The notes beneath the pieces were generated by a model, which saw only the letters and a list, made by a program, of their open reading frames with translations, had not been told where the DNA came from and searched no databases. Below are positions 55,801 to 64,000 of a stretch of DNA of 64,000 nt, in pieces (positions within the stretch are counted from its first letter, which is position 1; each line of letters opens with the position of its first letter). The position numbers and the translations under genes were made by a program. The DNA is from an uncultured delta proteobacterium (GTDB taxonomy: Bacteria > Myxococcota_A > Polyangia > Polyangiales > Polyangiaceae), in NCBI GenBank assembly GCA_963782055.1, contig CAWAIF010000002.1, positions 96,001 to 160,000 of the forward strand, written 5' to 3'.

Positions 55801-56213
55801 CCGGAGAGCACCTCGGTGGTGACGTCGTCCAGGCCGATGTTCTTCTTGCCGGCGTGGTCCTTCATGAACTTCTGCGCGCGCGCCGCGTCCACGGGCACGA
55901 GGGCAGGACCCATCGGCCCGATGACATCGCTGCCGGTGACGAAGCGCATGCCCTTCGCGTCGCGCCAGGAGCGGTCGTAGAAGTCCTGCACCTTCACCGT
56001 GCCCTTCTTGCCGTCCTCCAGCCACTTGGAGAGGGCGCAGCGCGGCGTGTCGAAGGTGAGCGTCTTGCCGCCCGGCTCCTCGATGTGCGCGAGGAAGGGA
56101 CTCTTCGGATCGATCTTCATCCCGCAGTGGGCGCAGCGCTCCTCGTGCTTGCAGGAGGCGAGGGCCACCGCGCCGACGACCAGACCGACGAACTGTCTGC
56201 GACCGAGAGTCAT
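55797..56213 (-). CDS. NosL-like copper-binding lipoprotein
   Basis: GRRQF twin-arginine-like signal with LASC lipobox; CAHCGM, FD...C and GSDVIGPMG. Confidence 0.8.
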   Translation of the reverse strand: MTLGRRQFVGLVVGAVALASCKHEERCAHCGMKIDPKSPFLAHIEEPGGKTLTFDTPRCALSKWLEDGKKGTVKVQDFYDRSWRDAKGMRFVTGSDVIGPMGPALVPVDAARAQKFMKDHAGKKNIGLDDVTTEVLSG

Positions 56214-57229
56214 GGGAACAGCGACGCGCCCCCCGTCACGATGGCATAGCGCACGATGGGGAAGGCGCCCACCGCGAGGACGACGAGCCAGGCGACGGCG
56301 CCACGTCTGAGCCGCTGCCGGGCGAAGGCGGCCATCGCCGCGCGGGCGGCAGGGCCGCGCGCGAGCAGGGCGGAGAGGGCGGCGCCCGCGCCGTAGGTGA
56401 CGGCGAAGAACATCGCGGCGAAGAGCGGGTAGCCGATGCCCCACACGTCGGCGCGCAGCAGACAGAACGGACAGTGGTGCTGCGGGACCTCGAAGGCGTG
56501 GGGCGCGACCTCCAGCAGGACGGCACCGATGGCCACGGGCAGCGCCAGCACCGAGAGCGCGCCGGCGACGGCGACGAGCGGCGCGCGCGGCTTGCGCGCG
56601 GCGACGAAGGCCACCACCACGCTGGCCAGCACGATGGATGGCCCCAGCCACGTCGCCACCACCCGTGGGCCGGTGACGTACGCCGCGCGCGCGGCAGCCA
56701 CAGGATCGAGCTGGACCGAGCAGCAGGAGGCGATGACGTTGAGGTCCAGGTTGGTGAAGAAGAGGAGCTGCAGCGCGAGGTCGGCGATCGCGATGGGCGC
56801 GAGCACCAGCGTCGCCCAGGAGAGCGCGCGCACCATGTCCATGCCGCGCACGCGCGTGTCGAAGGCGTAGAGCTGGGCCACCACGCCGGCGGCCAGCGCG
56901 GCGAGCACGCTGGCGTAGAGCGCGCGGAAGCCCCACTCGTTGGAGGCGAAGGTGCCGTACGCGCACATCGCGCCGCGGATGCCGCGGCTGAGCTTGTCGG
57001 CGGCGAGCGCGGAGAGCAGCAGCGCGACAATCTGCGCCCCCGCGCCGACCCGGACGAAGGTGCCAGCGAGCTCCACCTGCCGCTCCAGCGCGAGCTGCCC
57101 CTCCGTGGCGCGGACCACGTCGAAGTGGCGGAGCACCTTCACCGCGGTCACGCTCGCGCGCACGAGCAGCGCCACGGCGACGAGGCCGGCGAGCAGCCGG
57201 AGCAGGACCCAGGGCTCGAGGAGCTGCAC
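56210..57229 (-). CDS. Cys/His-motif multi-pass membrane protein
   Basis: About 8-9 TM segments with GAMCAYG, SCCS and HHCPFC loops. Confidence 0.75.
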   Translation of the reverse strand: MQLLEPWVLLRLLAGLVAVALLVRASVTAVKVLRHFDVVRATEGQLALERQVELAGTFVRVGAGAQIVALLLSALAADKLSRGIRGAMCAYGTFASNEWGFRALYASVLAALAAGVVAQLYAFDTRVRGMDMVRALSWATLVLAPIAIADLALQLLFFTNLDLNVIASCCSVQLDPVAAARAAYVTGPRVVATWLGPSIVLASVVVAFVAARKPRAPLVAVAGALSVLALPVAIGAVLLEVAPHAFEVPQHHCPFCLLRADVWGIGYPLFAAMFFAVTYGAGAALSALLARGPAARAAMAAFARQRLRRGAVAWLVVLAVGAFPIVRYAIVTGGASLFP

Positions 57230-57233
57230 GGCG

Positions 57234-57902
57234 CTAGCTCACCTTCCCGTCGTGGACGTCGATGACCCGGGTGACGCCCTTGGCGTCGGCGACGCGGGAG
57301 TCGTGCGTCGCCGCGATGACCGCCCGGCCCTCCCGCGCGAGGGAGGCGAGCTCGTCGGCGACCTGTGAGGTGCGTGCGTCGTCCAGGTGAGCCGTCGGTT
57401 CGTCCAGCAGGAGCACCTTGGGATTGCGGACGAGGCCGCGCGCCAGGGCGACGCGCTGCCGCTCGCCGCCGGAGAGCTGCCGCACCCGCTTGCCCGCCGA
57501 GGACTCCAGGCCGAAGCGCTTCAGCAGCTCGTGCGCACGCGCGACCTCGGGATCGGCGATGCCGTCGGGCACGCAGGGGAGCAGCACGTTGTCGATCGCC
57601 GACATGCCGTCGACGAGCTGCACGTCCTGGAAGACGAAGCCCACCTTGTGGCGGCGCACCTCGGCGCGGTGCTCGTCGCGAAGTCGGGAGGTGGGCTCGC
57701 CGTCGATGAGGATCTCGCCTCGCGTGGGCAGGAGCATCGCGCCGAGCAGGCCGAGCAGGGTGGTCTTGCCGCTGCCGCTCGGCCCGCGCAGCACCACGAG
57801 CTCGCCGGTGTCGATGCGCAGGCTCACGCCGTCGATGACGGTGCGTCGCGTGGCGCCGTCGCGAACGCGCAGGACGACATCGACGGCTTCGACGGCGGGC
57901 AT
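57234..57902 (-). CDS. ABC transporter ATP-binding protein (LolD/MacB-like)
   Basis: GPSGSGKT, LSGGERQRVALAR, LLLDEPT and THD motifs. Confidence 0.93.
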   Translation of the reverse strand: MPAVEAVDVVLRVRDGATRRTVIDGVSLRIDTGELVVLRGPSGSGKTTLLGLLGAMLLPTRGEILIDGEPTSRLRDEHRAEVRRHKVGFVFQDVQLVDGMSAIDNVLLPCVPDGIADPEVARAHELLKRFGLESSAGKRVRQLSGGERQRVALARGLVRNPKVLLLDEPTAHLDDARTSQVADELASLAREGRAVIAATHDSRVADAKGVTRVIDVHDGKVS

Positions 57903-58192
57903 GCCCCCATTTCCCTCCTAGGAGCGCGCGGCGCAAGCGGGACAGGATCGCGCGGTCGGGCCAGTCCCACTCCACCGCCCGATCGCGCCACCGCTAGCCT
58001 GCTCGCGATTGGACGCGTGGGAAGTGGATCCGGGGGAGGCCAGGGGGGCTCCGGGCGGCCGGCTCGGGGTGTGTCACCGTGTGCCAATCGCGGCCGCCGT
58101 GATCCGCCGACCACCCTGGATCTCCCGGCCTTTCCCGCATTTCCGGGATTGTGGAGCTGGCACTCCGCGTGCATTCTGGGTGGCGGGTCCTC

Positions 58193-58513
58193 ATGCGCGC
58201 CGTCCCCCTTGCAGCCTGGATTGCCATCTTCGCCCTCGGCGGAGTGGGCGTGGCGTGCTCGCTCAACCCGCAGCCGCTCCCGCCCAACGACTTGACCACG
58301 ACCGCAGACGCGGGGGCCATGGACGCGGCGCCCTTCGGGGCGGATGCCGGGTCCGACGTGGTCACCTTGCCCGCGCCGGAGGGGGGAGTCGACGCCGGCG
58401 CCGTGGACGGCGGGGCCGACGCCGCCGACGCGTCGGACGCCGGCGCGGACGCGTCGGACGCCGGGGACGCCGCCGCTGACGCCCCGAGCGATGCGCTGGA
58501 CGAGGGGGACTGA
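58193..58513 (+). CDS. Acidic low-complexity lipoprotein starting C-SLNPQPLPP
   Basis: Lipobox-like GVAC, then the motif, then DAG/DAS repeats. Confidence 0.75.
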   Translation: MRAVPLAAWIAIFALGGVGVACSLNPQPLPPNDLTTTADAGAMDAAPFGADAGSDVVTLPAPEGGVDAGAVDGGADAADASDAGADASDAGDAAADAPSDALDEGD

Positions 58514-58845
58514 TGCGCGGGCGTCGACTCCTCGTCCTCGCGGGGCTCCTCGTCGGCGCCGCGGCCGCGTGCTCGCTCAACCCGCAGCCGCTACCGCCGG
58601 GGGCGAACTACCCTGGCGACGACGCGGGCACGGGCATGGGCGTCGACGGGTCGGTCCAGCAGGACGGCGGCGCGTTCGGCGACGCCGGGTGGCCGCCGGA
58701 CGAGGACGGCGGCGTCGACGCGGCCGGTAGTCTGGACGCCGGCGACGCCGCGGTGGACGCGTCCGACGCAGGGGAGGACGCGGACGCGGACGTCGACGCG
58801 AGCGACGCGTCGGACGACGCGAGCGAGGACGCGCTGGCGGAGTAG
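58513..58845 (+). CDS. Second acidic lipoprotein starting C-SLNPQPLPP
   Basis: TGATG coupling; identical mature N-terminus. Confidence 0.78.
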   Translation: MRGRRLLVLAGLLVGAAAACSLNPQPLPPGANYPGDDAGTGMGVDGSVQQDGGAFGDAGWPPDEDGGVDAAGSLDAGDAAVDASDAGEDADADVDASDASDDASEDALAE

Positions 58846-58850
58846 CCCGG

Positions 58851-59375
58851 TCAGCGTCGCGAGACGTACTCGTCCAGCACGTTCGCCGCGATGTCCGCGA
58901 GGATGCCGTCGGTCACGCGCAGGCGCCGCGAGAGGTCACGCGCGATGTTGAGCGTGATGAGAGCGTACGACTTGAGGTCGTGGCGGTAGAGCGCGTCCAG
59001 GTCCTCCGCCGCGATGCGAAGGAGGCGCGTCGGCGCGAGGGCGCGGACGGTGGCGGAGCGCGGCTGCACGTCGATGATGGACATCTCTCCGAAGCCGTCG
59101 TTCGGCCCGAGGATGGCGACGCGCTGCGCGCGGCCGCGCCGGCTCTTCTTGAGCACCTCCACCTCGCCCTCCAGCACCACGTACATCTCGTGCGCCGGAT
59201 CGCCCTCGCGGAAGATCTCCGCGCCGGGGGAGTGCAGCGCTTGCCGGAGCGTGTCGGTGAGGTGGGTGATCACCTCGTCGGAGAGGGCCCCGAACAGGCC
59301 TATCTCCCGCAGGCGCTCCACCGAGAGCGGCTGCTGTGCGGCGGGCGCGACCGGGACGCGAGGCTGGCTGGTCAT
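58851..59375 (-). CDS. Cyclic-nucleotide-binding domain protein
   Basis: IFREGD, MYVVLEGEV and FGEMS....PRSATV; no HTH domain. Confidence 0.88.
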   Translation of the reverse strand: MTSQPRVPVAPAAQQPLSVERLREIGLFGALSDEVITHLTDTLRQALHSPGAEIFREGDPAHEMYVVLEGEVEVLKKSRRGRAQRVAILGPNDGFGEMSIIDVQPRSATVRALAPTRLLRIAAEDLDALYRHDLKSYALITLNIARDLSRRLRVTDGILADIAANVLDEYVSRR

Positions 59376-59812
59376 GGGAGCTCCTTGGTAAATACGATGC
59401 GGCGGCGACCCTTCCCGGCGTAGTCGTCGACCTCTAGCGCCTGCCATCCGACCGCAAGGTGGAAGCGGAGGGAGCCCTCGTTGCCCGCCGTGGTGATGGC
59501 CTTCATCCGCACGCAGCCGGTGGTGGCCGAAGCCTCGGTGAAGCGCGTGTACAGCTCGCGGCCCACGCCCTTGCGGCGGTGGTCGGGGTGGATGCCGACA
59601 AGGTGCACGTAGCCGGTGCGGACCGGCCGCTCCGCGACGAAGCCGAGGAGGAAACCGATCATCGAGCCCTCGTCCTCTGCCACCAGCGCCATGTCACCGA
59701 ACTCGTGGAAGAAGATGGGGTGGGCGAAGGTGCTGATGGGACCACCCCACCAGTGGTCGATCACCTCGACGATGGCGTCGAAGTCGGCCTTGACGATCTT
59801 GCGCGTGACCAT
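59372..59812 (-). CDS. GNAT family acetyltransferase
   Basis: HPDHRRKGVG acetyl-CoA motif; N..S..FH..GW. Confidence 0.88.
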   Translation of the reverse strand: MVTRKIVKADFDAIVEVIDHWWGGPISTFAHPIFFHEFGDMALVAEDEGSMIGFLLGFVAERPVRTGYVHLVGIHPDHRRKGVGRELYTRFTEASATTGCVRMKAITTAGNEGSLRFHLAVGWQALEVDDYAGKGRRRIVFTKELP

Positions 59813-59900
59813 GCGGATCGCCAGAAGACTCAGAGATTTGTGCGTCGGACGCAAGCGGGCGCTCGTGCATCGCCGCCGGTACTCGCCTATCGTGTCGGGC

Positions 59901-60584
59901 ATGGCTGCCGTGCGCATCGCTCCATCCATCCTTTCGGCCGATTTCGGGCGCCTCGCGGAGGAGGTGGCCCGCGTGGAGGCGGCGGGGGCCGACCTCATCC
60001 ACGTGGACGTGATGGACGGACGCTTCGTTCCCAACATCACCATCGGCCCGCCGGTGGTGAAGGCGCTGCGGCGGGTCACCAAGCTGCCGCTGGACGTGCA
60101 CCTGATGATCGTGGAGCCGGAGAAGTACCTGGACGCCTTCGCCGACGCCGGGGCGGACACCATCCTGGTGCACGTCGAGACGTGCCCGCACCTCAACCGC
60201 ACGCTGGACCACATCCGCAAGCGGGGGAAGCGCGCGGGCGCGGTGCTCAACCCTTCCACGCACGAGGACACGCTGCGCTACTCCGTCGACGCCCTGGACC
60301 AGATCCTGGTGATGAGCGTCAACCCCGGCTTCGGCGGGCAGTCCTTCCTTCCGCTCGTGCTGCCCAAGATCGCCGCCATCCGCGAGATGGTGGGCGCGCG
60401 CGCGGTGGACATCGAGGTGGATGGTGGCATCGCGCCGGGGACGGTGGGCAAGGCCGCGGCCGCCGGCGCGCGCGTGATGGTCGCGGGGAGCGCGGTGTTC
60501 GGCGAGGGCGACGACTACGCGAAGTCCATCGCGCGGCTCCGCGCGGAGGCCAACGAGGCCATCGGCTCAGGGGAGAAGCGGTGA
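59901..60584 (+). CDS. rpe: Ribulose-phosphate 3-epimerase
   Basis: IAPSILSADF, HVDVMDG, DVHLMI, MSVNPGFGGQ and EVDGG. Confidence 0.97.
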   Translation: MAAVRIAPSILSADFGRLAEEVARVEAAGADLIHVDVMDGRFVPNITIGPPVVKALRRVTKLPLDVHLMIVEPEKYLDAFADAGADTILVHVETCPHLNRTLDHIRKRGKRAGAVLNPSTHEDTLRYSVDALDQILVMSVNPGFGGQSFLPLVLPKIAAIREMVGARAVDIEVDGGIAPGTVGKAAAAGARVMVAGSAVFGEGDDYAKSIARLRAEANEAIGSGEKR

Positions 60585-61945
60585 GGCGCGGCGGCTGGTG
60601 CGCCGCGCTCGTCCTCGTCGCGTGCGGCGGCACCCCGAAGGCGGCGCCGGTGGCCCAGGTGCCCATGGCGCCGCCCCCCGCGACGCGCCCGCCGGACCTC
60701 CCGCCCATCACCCACGCGGCCAGCGCCCGGGAGGCGGAGGCCGCCGCGCGTGTGAAGAAGATGCTCGCCAAGGTGGTGGCGGTGCGCGGCCTCGCCCCCA
60801 CGCGCGACGTGCCCGGCGTCATCCTCTCGCGCGACGAGCTGATGGCCCAGGTGAAGAAGCACATCATCGCGGAGGTGCCGGCCGCGGACATCCGCGAGGA
60901 GGGCGAGACCTACCAGCTCCTCGGCCTCATCCCGTGGAAGTACGACTACGAGCAGGGCACCTTCGACATGCTGCACTCGCAGCTCGCCGGGTACTACGAG
61001 CCGGCGGACGGGACGATGTACATGGCGGCGGACCTGGAGGGAGATGGCGCGTACCTCACCCTGGCCCACGAGCTGGATCACGCGCTGCAAGACCAGCACT
61101 GGGACCTGAAGAAGCGCTCGAAGTACGCGCCGGGCCACTCCGACGCGCAGCTCGCCCAGTCGTGCCTCGCCGAGGGGGACGCCACCAGCACCATGCTGGA
61201 CGTGATGCTCCAGCCCACCGGCAAGACCGCCGTCGACGTGCCCGACTCCATGCTCGACTCGTCGATGCTCGCCAGCATGAGCGCGGGTTCGGGCTCCTCC
61301 GCGCCGCCCTTCATGATGACCTCGCTGGTGGCGCCCTACGCGGAGGGCATGCTCTTCGTGAACACGCTGCGGCGGCAGGGCGGCTGGGACGCGGTCGACC
61401 GCGCGTGGGATCGCACGCCGTCGACGACCGAGCAGATCCTGCACGTCGACAAGTTCGACCAGGGCGAGGCCGCGCTCGACGTCGCCGACCCCACCTTCGC
61501 CGCGCTGGGCCCCGGCTGGACGGGATCAAACGCCGACACGCTGGGGGAGCTGACGCTGCGCCTGGTGCTGGGCCAGTGGCTCGGCGAGACGCAGGGCAAC
61601 GCGCTCGCGGCGCACTGGGGAGGCGACCGCGCGCTGGTCGTCTCGGCGCACGACAAGGCGGCGTTCGTCTGGCACATCCGCTACGACGCCGACGCGCCGT
61701 CGCAGCCGTCGGCGGTGCTCAAGGCGCTCGAGCGCGTGCTGGACGCCGCCGTCGTGCGCGAGCCCACCTTCGTCTGCAGCGAGCGGGCGGAGCTCGGCCC
61801 GCTGGCGGTGGCGCGCAAGGGCCACGATGTCCTGATCCTCGCCGGCCCGGCGAACACGCCCTCCGGCGCCTGGACCTCCGCGGGGACGTGCGCCCTCGCC
61901 CGGAAGTGGGCCGCGGAGCTCCTCGCTCAGAAGCGGAAGGTGTAG
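60581..61945 (+). CDS. Lipoprotein with HExxH zinc-metalloprotease-like motif
   Basis: GTGA overlap with rpe; LVAC lipobox; LAHELDHALQDQ..EGDA; PSTTEQILH. Confidence 0.78.
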   Translation: MRRGGWCAALVLVACGGTPKAAPVAQVPMAPPPATRPPDLPPITHAASAREAEAAARVKKMLAKVVAVRGLAPTRDVPGVILSRDELMAQVKKHIIAEVPAADIREEGETYQLLGLIPWKYDYEQGTFDMLHSQLAGYYEPADGTMYMAADLEGDGAYLTLAHELDHALQDQHWDLKKRSKYAPGHSDAQLAQSCLAEGDATSTMLDVMLQPTGKTAVDVPDSMLDSSMLASMSAGSGSSAPPFMMTSLVAPYAEGMLFVNTLRRQGGWDAVDRAWDRTPSTTEQILHVDKFDQGEAALDVADPTFAALGPGWTGSNADTLGELTLRLVLGQWLGETQGNALAAHWGGDRALVVSAHDKAAFVWHIRYDADAPSQPSAVLKALERVLDAAVVREPTFVCSERAELGPLAVARKGHDVLILAGPANTPSGAWTSAGTCALARKWAAELLAQKRKV

Positions 61946-62532
61946 GTCGCGAAGGCGCCGGTGGCGCTCGCCCCCACGCGCAGATCGCGCAGCTCGCGCG
62001 CCGCGCGCATCGTCTTGGGGGGGAGCAGGTACGGGAGCAGCGCGCCGGTGAAGGAGAGCCCGCCGGTGAGCAGCAGGCGCGTGACGCGCTCCTCGGTGGT
62101 CCAGTCGAGCGGCACCGGGCCGGTGGCGATGTTCTCGAACACCGGGCCGAGCACCATCGACAGGCCGGCGATGGCGAAGGCGAGGGGCCAGCTGGTGCGC
62201 ACGACGCCCTCCGGCGGCTCGGTCGGGGCCCAGTGCATGCTGCACTTCGGCATCGCCGGGTAGATCGCGCCCGCCATCACGCCGAAGGTCAGGCCCACGA
62301 GGCCCGGGCCGATGGTGCGCACGCCGGGCTGCGGGTCGAACTTGAAGACCTGCGTGTCCAGCACGATGGCGCCCGCGAACAGCAGCGGCGGCACGGTGAG
62401 GTAGAGCCAGTCGGGCGAGCCCGCGCGATCGCACAGCTCGCGCTCGCGCGCGTCGCGCGGGTAGATGTCGGTCGCTGCCGGCGGGGGAGGGGCCGGCGCG
62501 GTCTCCGCGGGCGGAGGAGGCAGGGCGTCCAA
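61927..62532 (-). CDS. Hypothetical membrane protein
   Basis: Several hydrophobic segments, ending TYTFRF; start uncertain. Confidence 0.55.
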   Translation of the reverse strand: MDALPPPPAETAPAPPPPAATDIYPRDARERELCDRAGSPDWLYLTVPPLLFAGAIVLDTQVFKFDPQPGVRTIGPGLVGLTFGVMAGAIYPAMPKCSMHWAPTEPPEGVVRTSWPLAFAIAGLSMVLGPVFENIATGPVPLDWTTEERVTRLLLTGGLSFTGALLPYLLPPKTMRAARELRDLRVGASATGAFATYTFRF

Positions 62533-62633
62533 GGCGGCGCGAGCATAGCGCGGACGGTGCGGATGCAAAGTCCCGAGACCCGGCGGCCCGATGGAAGTCG
62601 TGTCCGGAGCGGGATGGAGGTTATGCTGGGCGC

Positions 62634-63254
62634 GTGCCGGCGCGCGCCTTCTACACTCAGGACGCAAAGAAGCGGACGGCCGAGTCCATCAAGAAGGTGG
62701 AGGCGCTGACCTCTGCCGAGGTGGTGGTCGCGGTCCGCCCGCGCGCGGGCTCCTACCGCACGACCGACGTCTACTTCGGCTTCTTCTGCGCCTGCGCCAC
62801 GCTGGGGTTCATGTGGCTCTCGCCCATCGTGTTCTCTCCGCTGGCGATGCCCTTCGACACCTTGCTCGCCTTCGCGCTGGGCACGCTGGTGTGCGCGCAG
62901 GTGATGCCGCTGCGCCGGCTGCTGACGCCGCGCCGCCTCGTCGAGCACTTCCTGCACGTCGAGGGGCGCGCCGCCTTCTACGACCTGGGCATCTCCCGGA
63001 CGACCGGGCGCAACGGCATCCTCGTCTTCGTGGCGATGCTGGAGAAGCGCGTGGCCATGCTCCCCGACGTGGGCGTGGACGTCGCGTCGCTCGGCGGCGG
63101 GTGGAGCGCCTCCGCCGCGGCCCTCGAGGCCGCGGTCCAACGCGGCGATCTGGACGGCTTCCTCTCCGCCCTGGAGACCCTCGGCCCGGTGCTGGGCGAG
63201 GCGATGCCGCGGCAGGAGGGCGACGTCAACGAGCTGCCGGACGAGCCGACGTGA
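62634..63254 (+). CDS. TPM-domain-like membrane protein
   Basis: VEALTSAEVVV, TTGRNGILVFV..E.RV..LPD.G and NELPD. Confidence 0.8.
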   Translation: MPARAFYTQDAKKRTAESIKKVEALTSAEVVVAVRPRAGSYRTTDVYFGFFCACATLGFMWLSPIVFSPLAMPFDTLLAFALGTLVCAQVMPLRRLLTPRRLVEHFLHVEGRAAFYDLGISRTTGRNGILVFVAMLEKRVAMLPDVGVDVASLGGGWSASAAALEAAVQRGDLDGFLSALETLGPVLGEAMPRQEGDVNELPDEPT

Positions 63255-64000
63255 TGCGGGGGCGACGCGTCGACATGGTCCGGGCCCTCGCGTGGCTCGG
63301 CGCCCTGGCCACCCTGCTGGTGCCCATCTGCGCCTTCGCGCGGCCGGGTGGCGGGCATTCCTTCTCCGGCTCGCACTCCTCGGGCGGCGGCTTCTCCGGG
63401 GGCCACTCCAGCTCCGGCGGCGGCAACGGCGGGGCCATCATCTACCTGATCGCGCTCTGCTTCGAGCACCCGACGATTGGCATCCCGCTGCTCTTCGTGG
63501 TCGTCGTCTTCTCCATCGTGCGCCGGCGGCTCTCCTCGTCCGCGCGCGGGTGGAGCAGCACCTCCGGGTTGGCGTCGCAGCCCTTCCAGCCGCAGCCGGT
63601 CGCGTACTCGCAGGGCGTCTCGCGGCGGTCGCTCGACCAGATCCGCCAGAACGATCCGGAGTTCTCGACGGTGCTGTTCGAGGACTTCGTGTACGTCCTG
63701 TACGCCGAGATGCAGCGCGCCCGCTCGCGGGCGGGGGGGATGTCGCTCGCCGCCTACGTCAGCCCGCAGGTGCTCGCGCAGCTCTCGCGCGAGCAGGTGG
63801 ACGCGGTGCAGGGCGTGGTGATCGGCGCCATGCGCGTCTTCAGCATCAACCGCCTCCCGACGATGTGGCAGGTGGTGCTGGACTTCGAGGCGAACCTGAC
63901 CGACGTGGTCGGCCAGCAGCAGGTGCGGCGGTACGTGGTGGACCGCGTGACCCTCGTCCGCGGCTTCCAGGCGCGCAGCCGCCCGCCGGCCCGCTCCCGC
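63254..64000 (+). CDS. Tim44-like domain membrane protein (runs off window end)
   Basis: TGATG coupling; signal, ARPGGGHSFSG Gly/Ser tract, TM segment, then DPEFS..LFEDF...LY..MQRA. Confidence 0.7.
   Translation, partial: MRGRRVDMVRALAWLGALATLLVPICAFARPGGGHSFSGSHSSGGGFSGGHSSSGGGNGGAIIYLIALCFEHPTIGIPLLFVVVVFSIVRRRLSSSARGWSSTSGLASQPFQPQPVAYSQGVSRRSLDQIRQNDPEFSTVLFEDFVYVLYAEMQRARSRAGGMSLAAYVSPQVLAQLSREQVDAVQGVVIGAMRVFSINRLPTMWQVVLDFEANLTDVVGQQQVRRYVVDRVTLVRGFQARSRPPARSR

Overview
This is a very GC-rich, gene-dense bacterial chromosomal segment, most likely from a myxobacterium (Polyangiales-like). That call rests on a MYXO-CTERM-type signal, many DAG-rich lipoproteins, a Hanks kinase, CdnL and an AgmX/PglI-like domain. 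About 57 CDS are supported; no rRNA, tRNA, CRISPR array or transposase is seen. Main blocks: (i) housekeeping and envelope genes (ccmF fragment, orphan SctQ/FliN-like protein, a DUF3857-transglutaminase/TPR pair, UbiA, SppA, transporters); (ii) an alpha-glucan utilisation region (20.4-35.9 kb) with four GH13 domains, a GH15-like domain and a LamB-like porin, including one ORF that appears to encode two separately anchored enzymes joined by a back-to-back MYXO-CTERM/lipoprotein signal; (iii) a DUF692 (MNIO)/DUF2063 RiPP-like cluster with a lipoprotein precursor, divergent from a TrmB regulator; (iv) a four-helix-bundle (IVP/Avd-like) gene bracketed by inverted repeats and opposite-polarity G/C-rich tandem arrays, beside a histone-like gene; (v) a NosL/Cys-rich membrane protein/ABC ATPase operon and two tandem lipoproteins beginning C-SLNPQPLPP. 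All family calls come from motif recognition by eye, not database searches, and many start codons are estimates.
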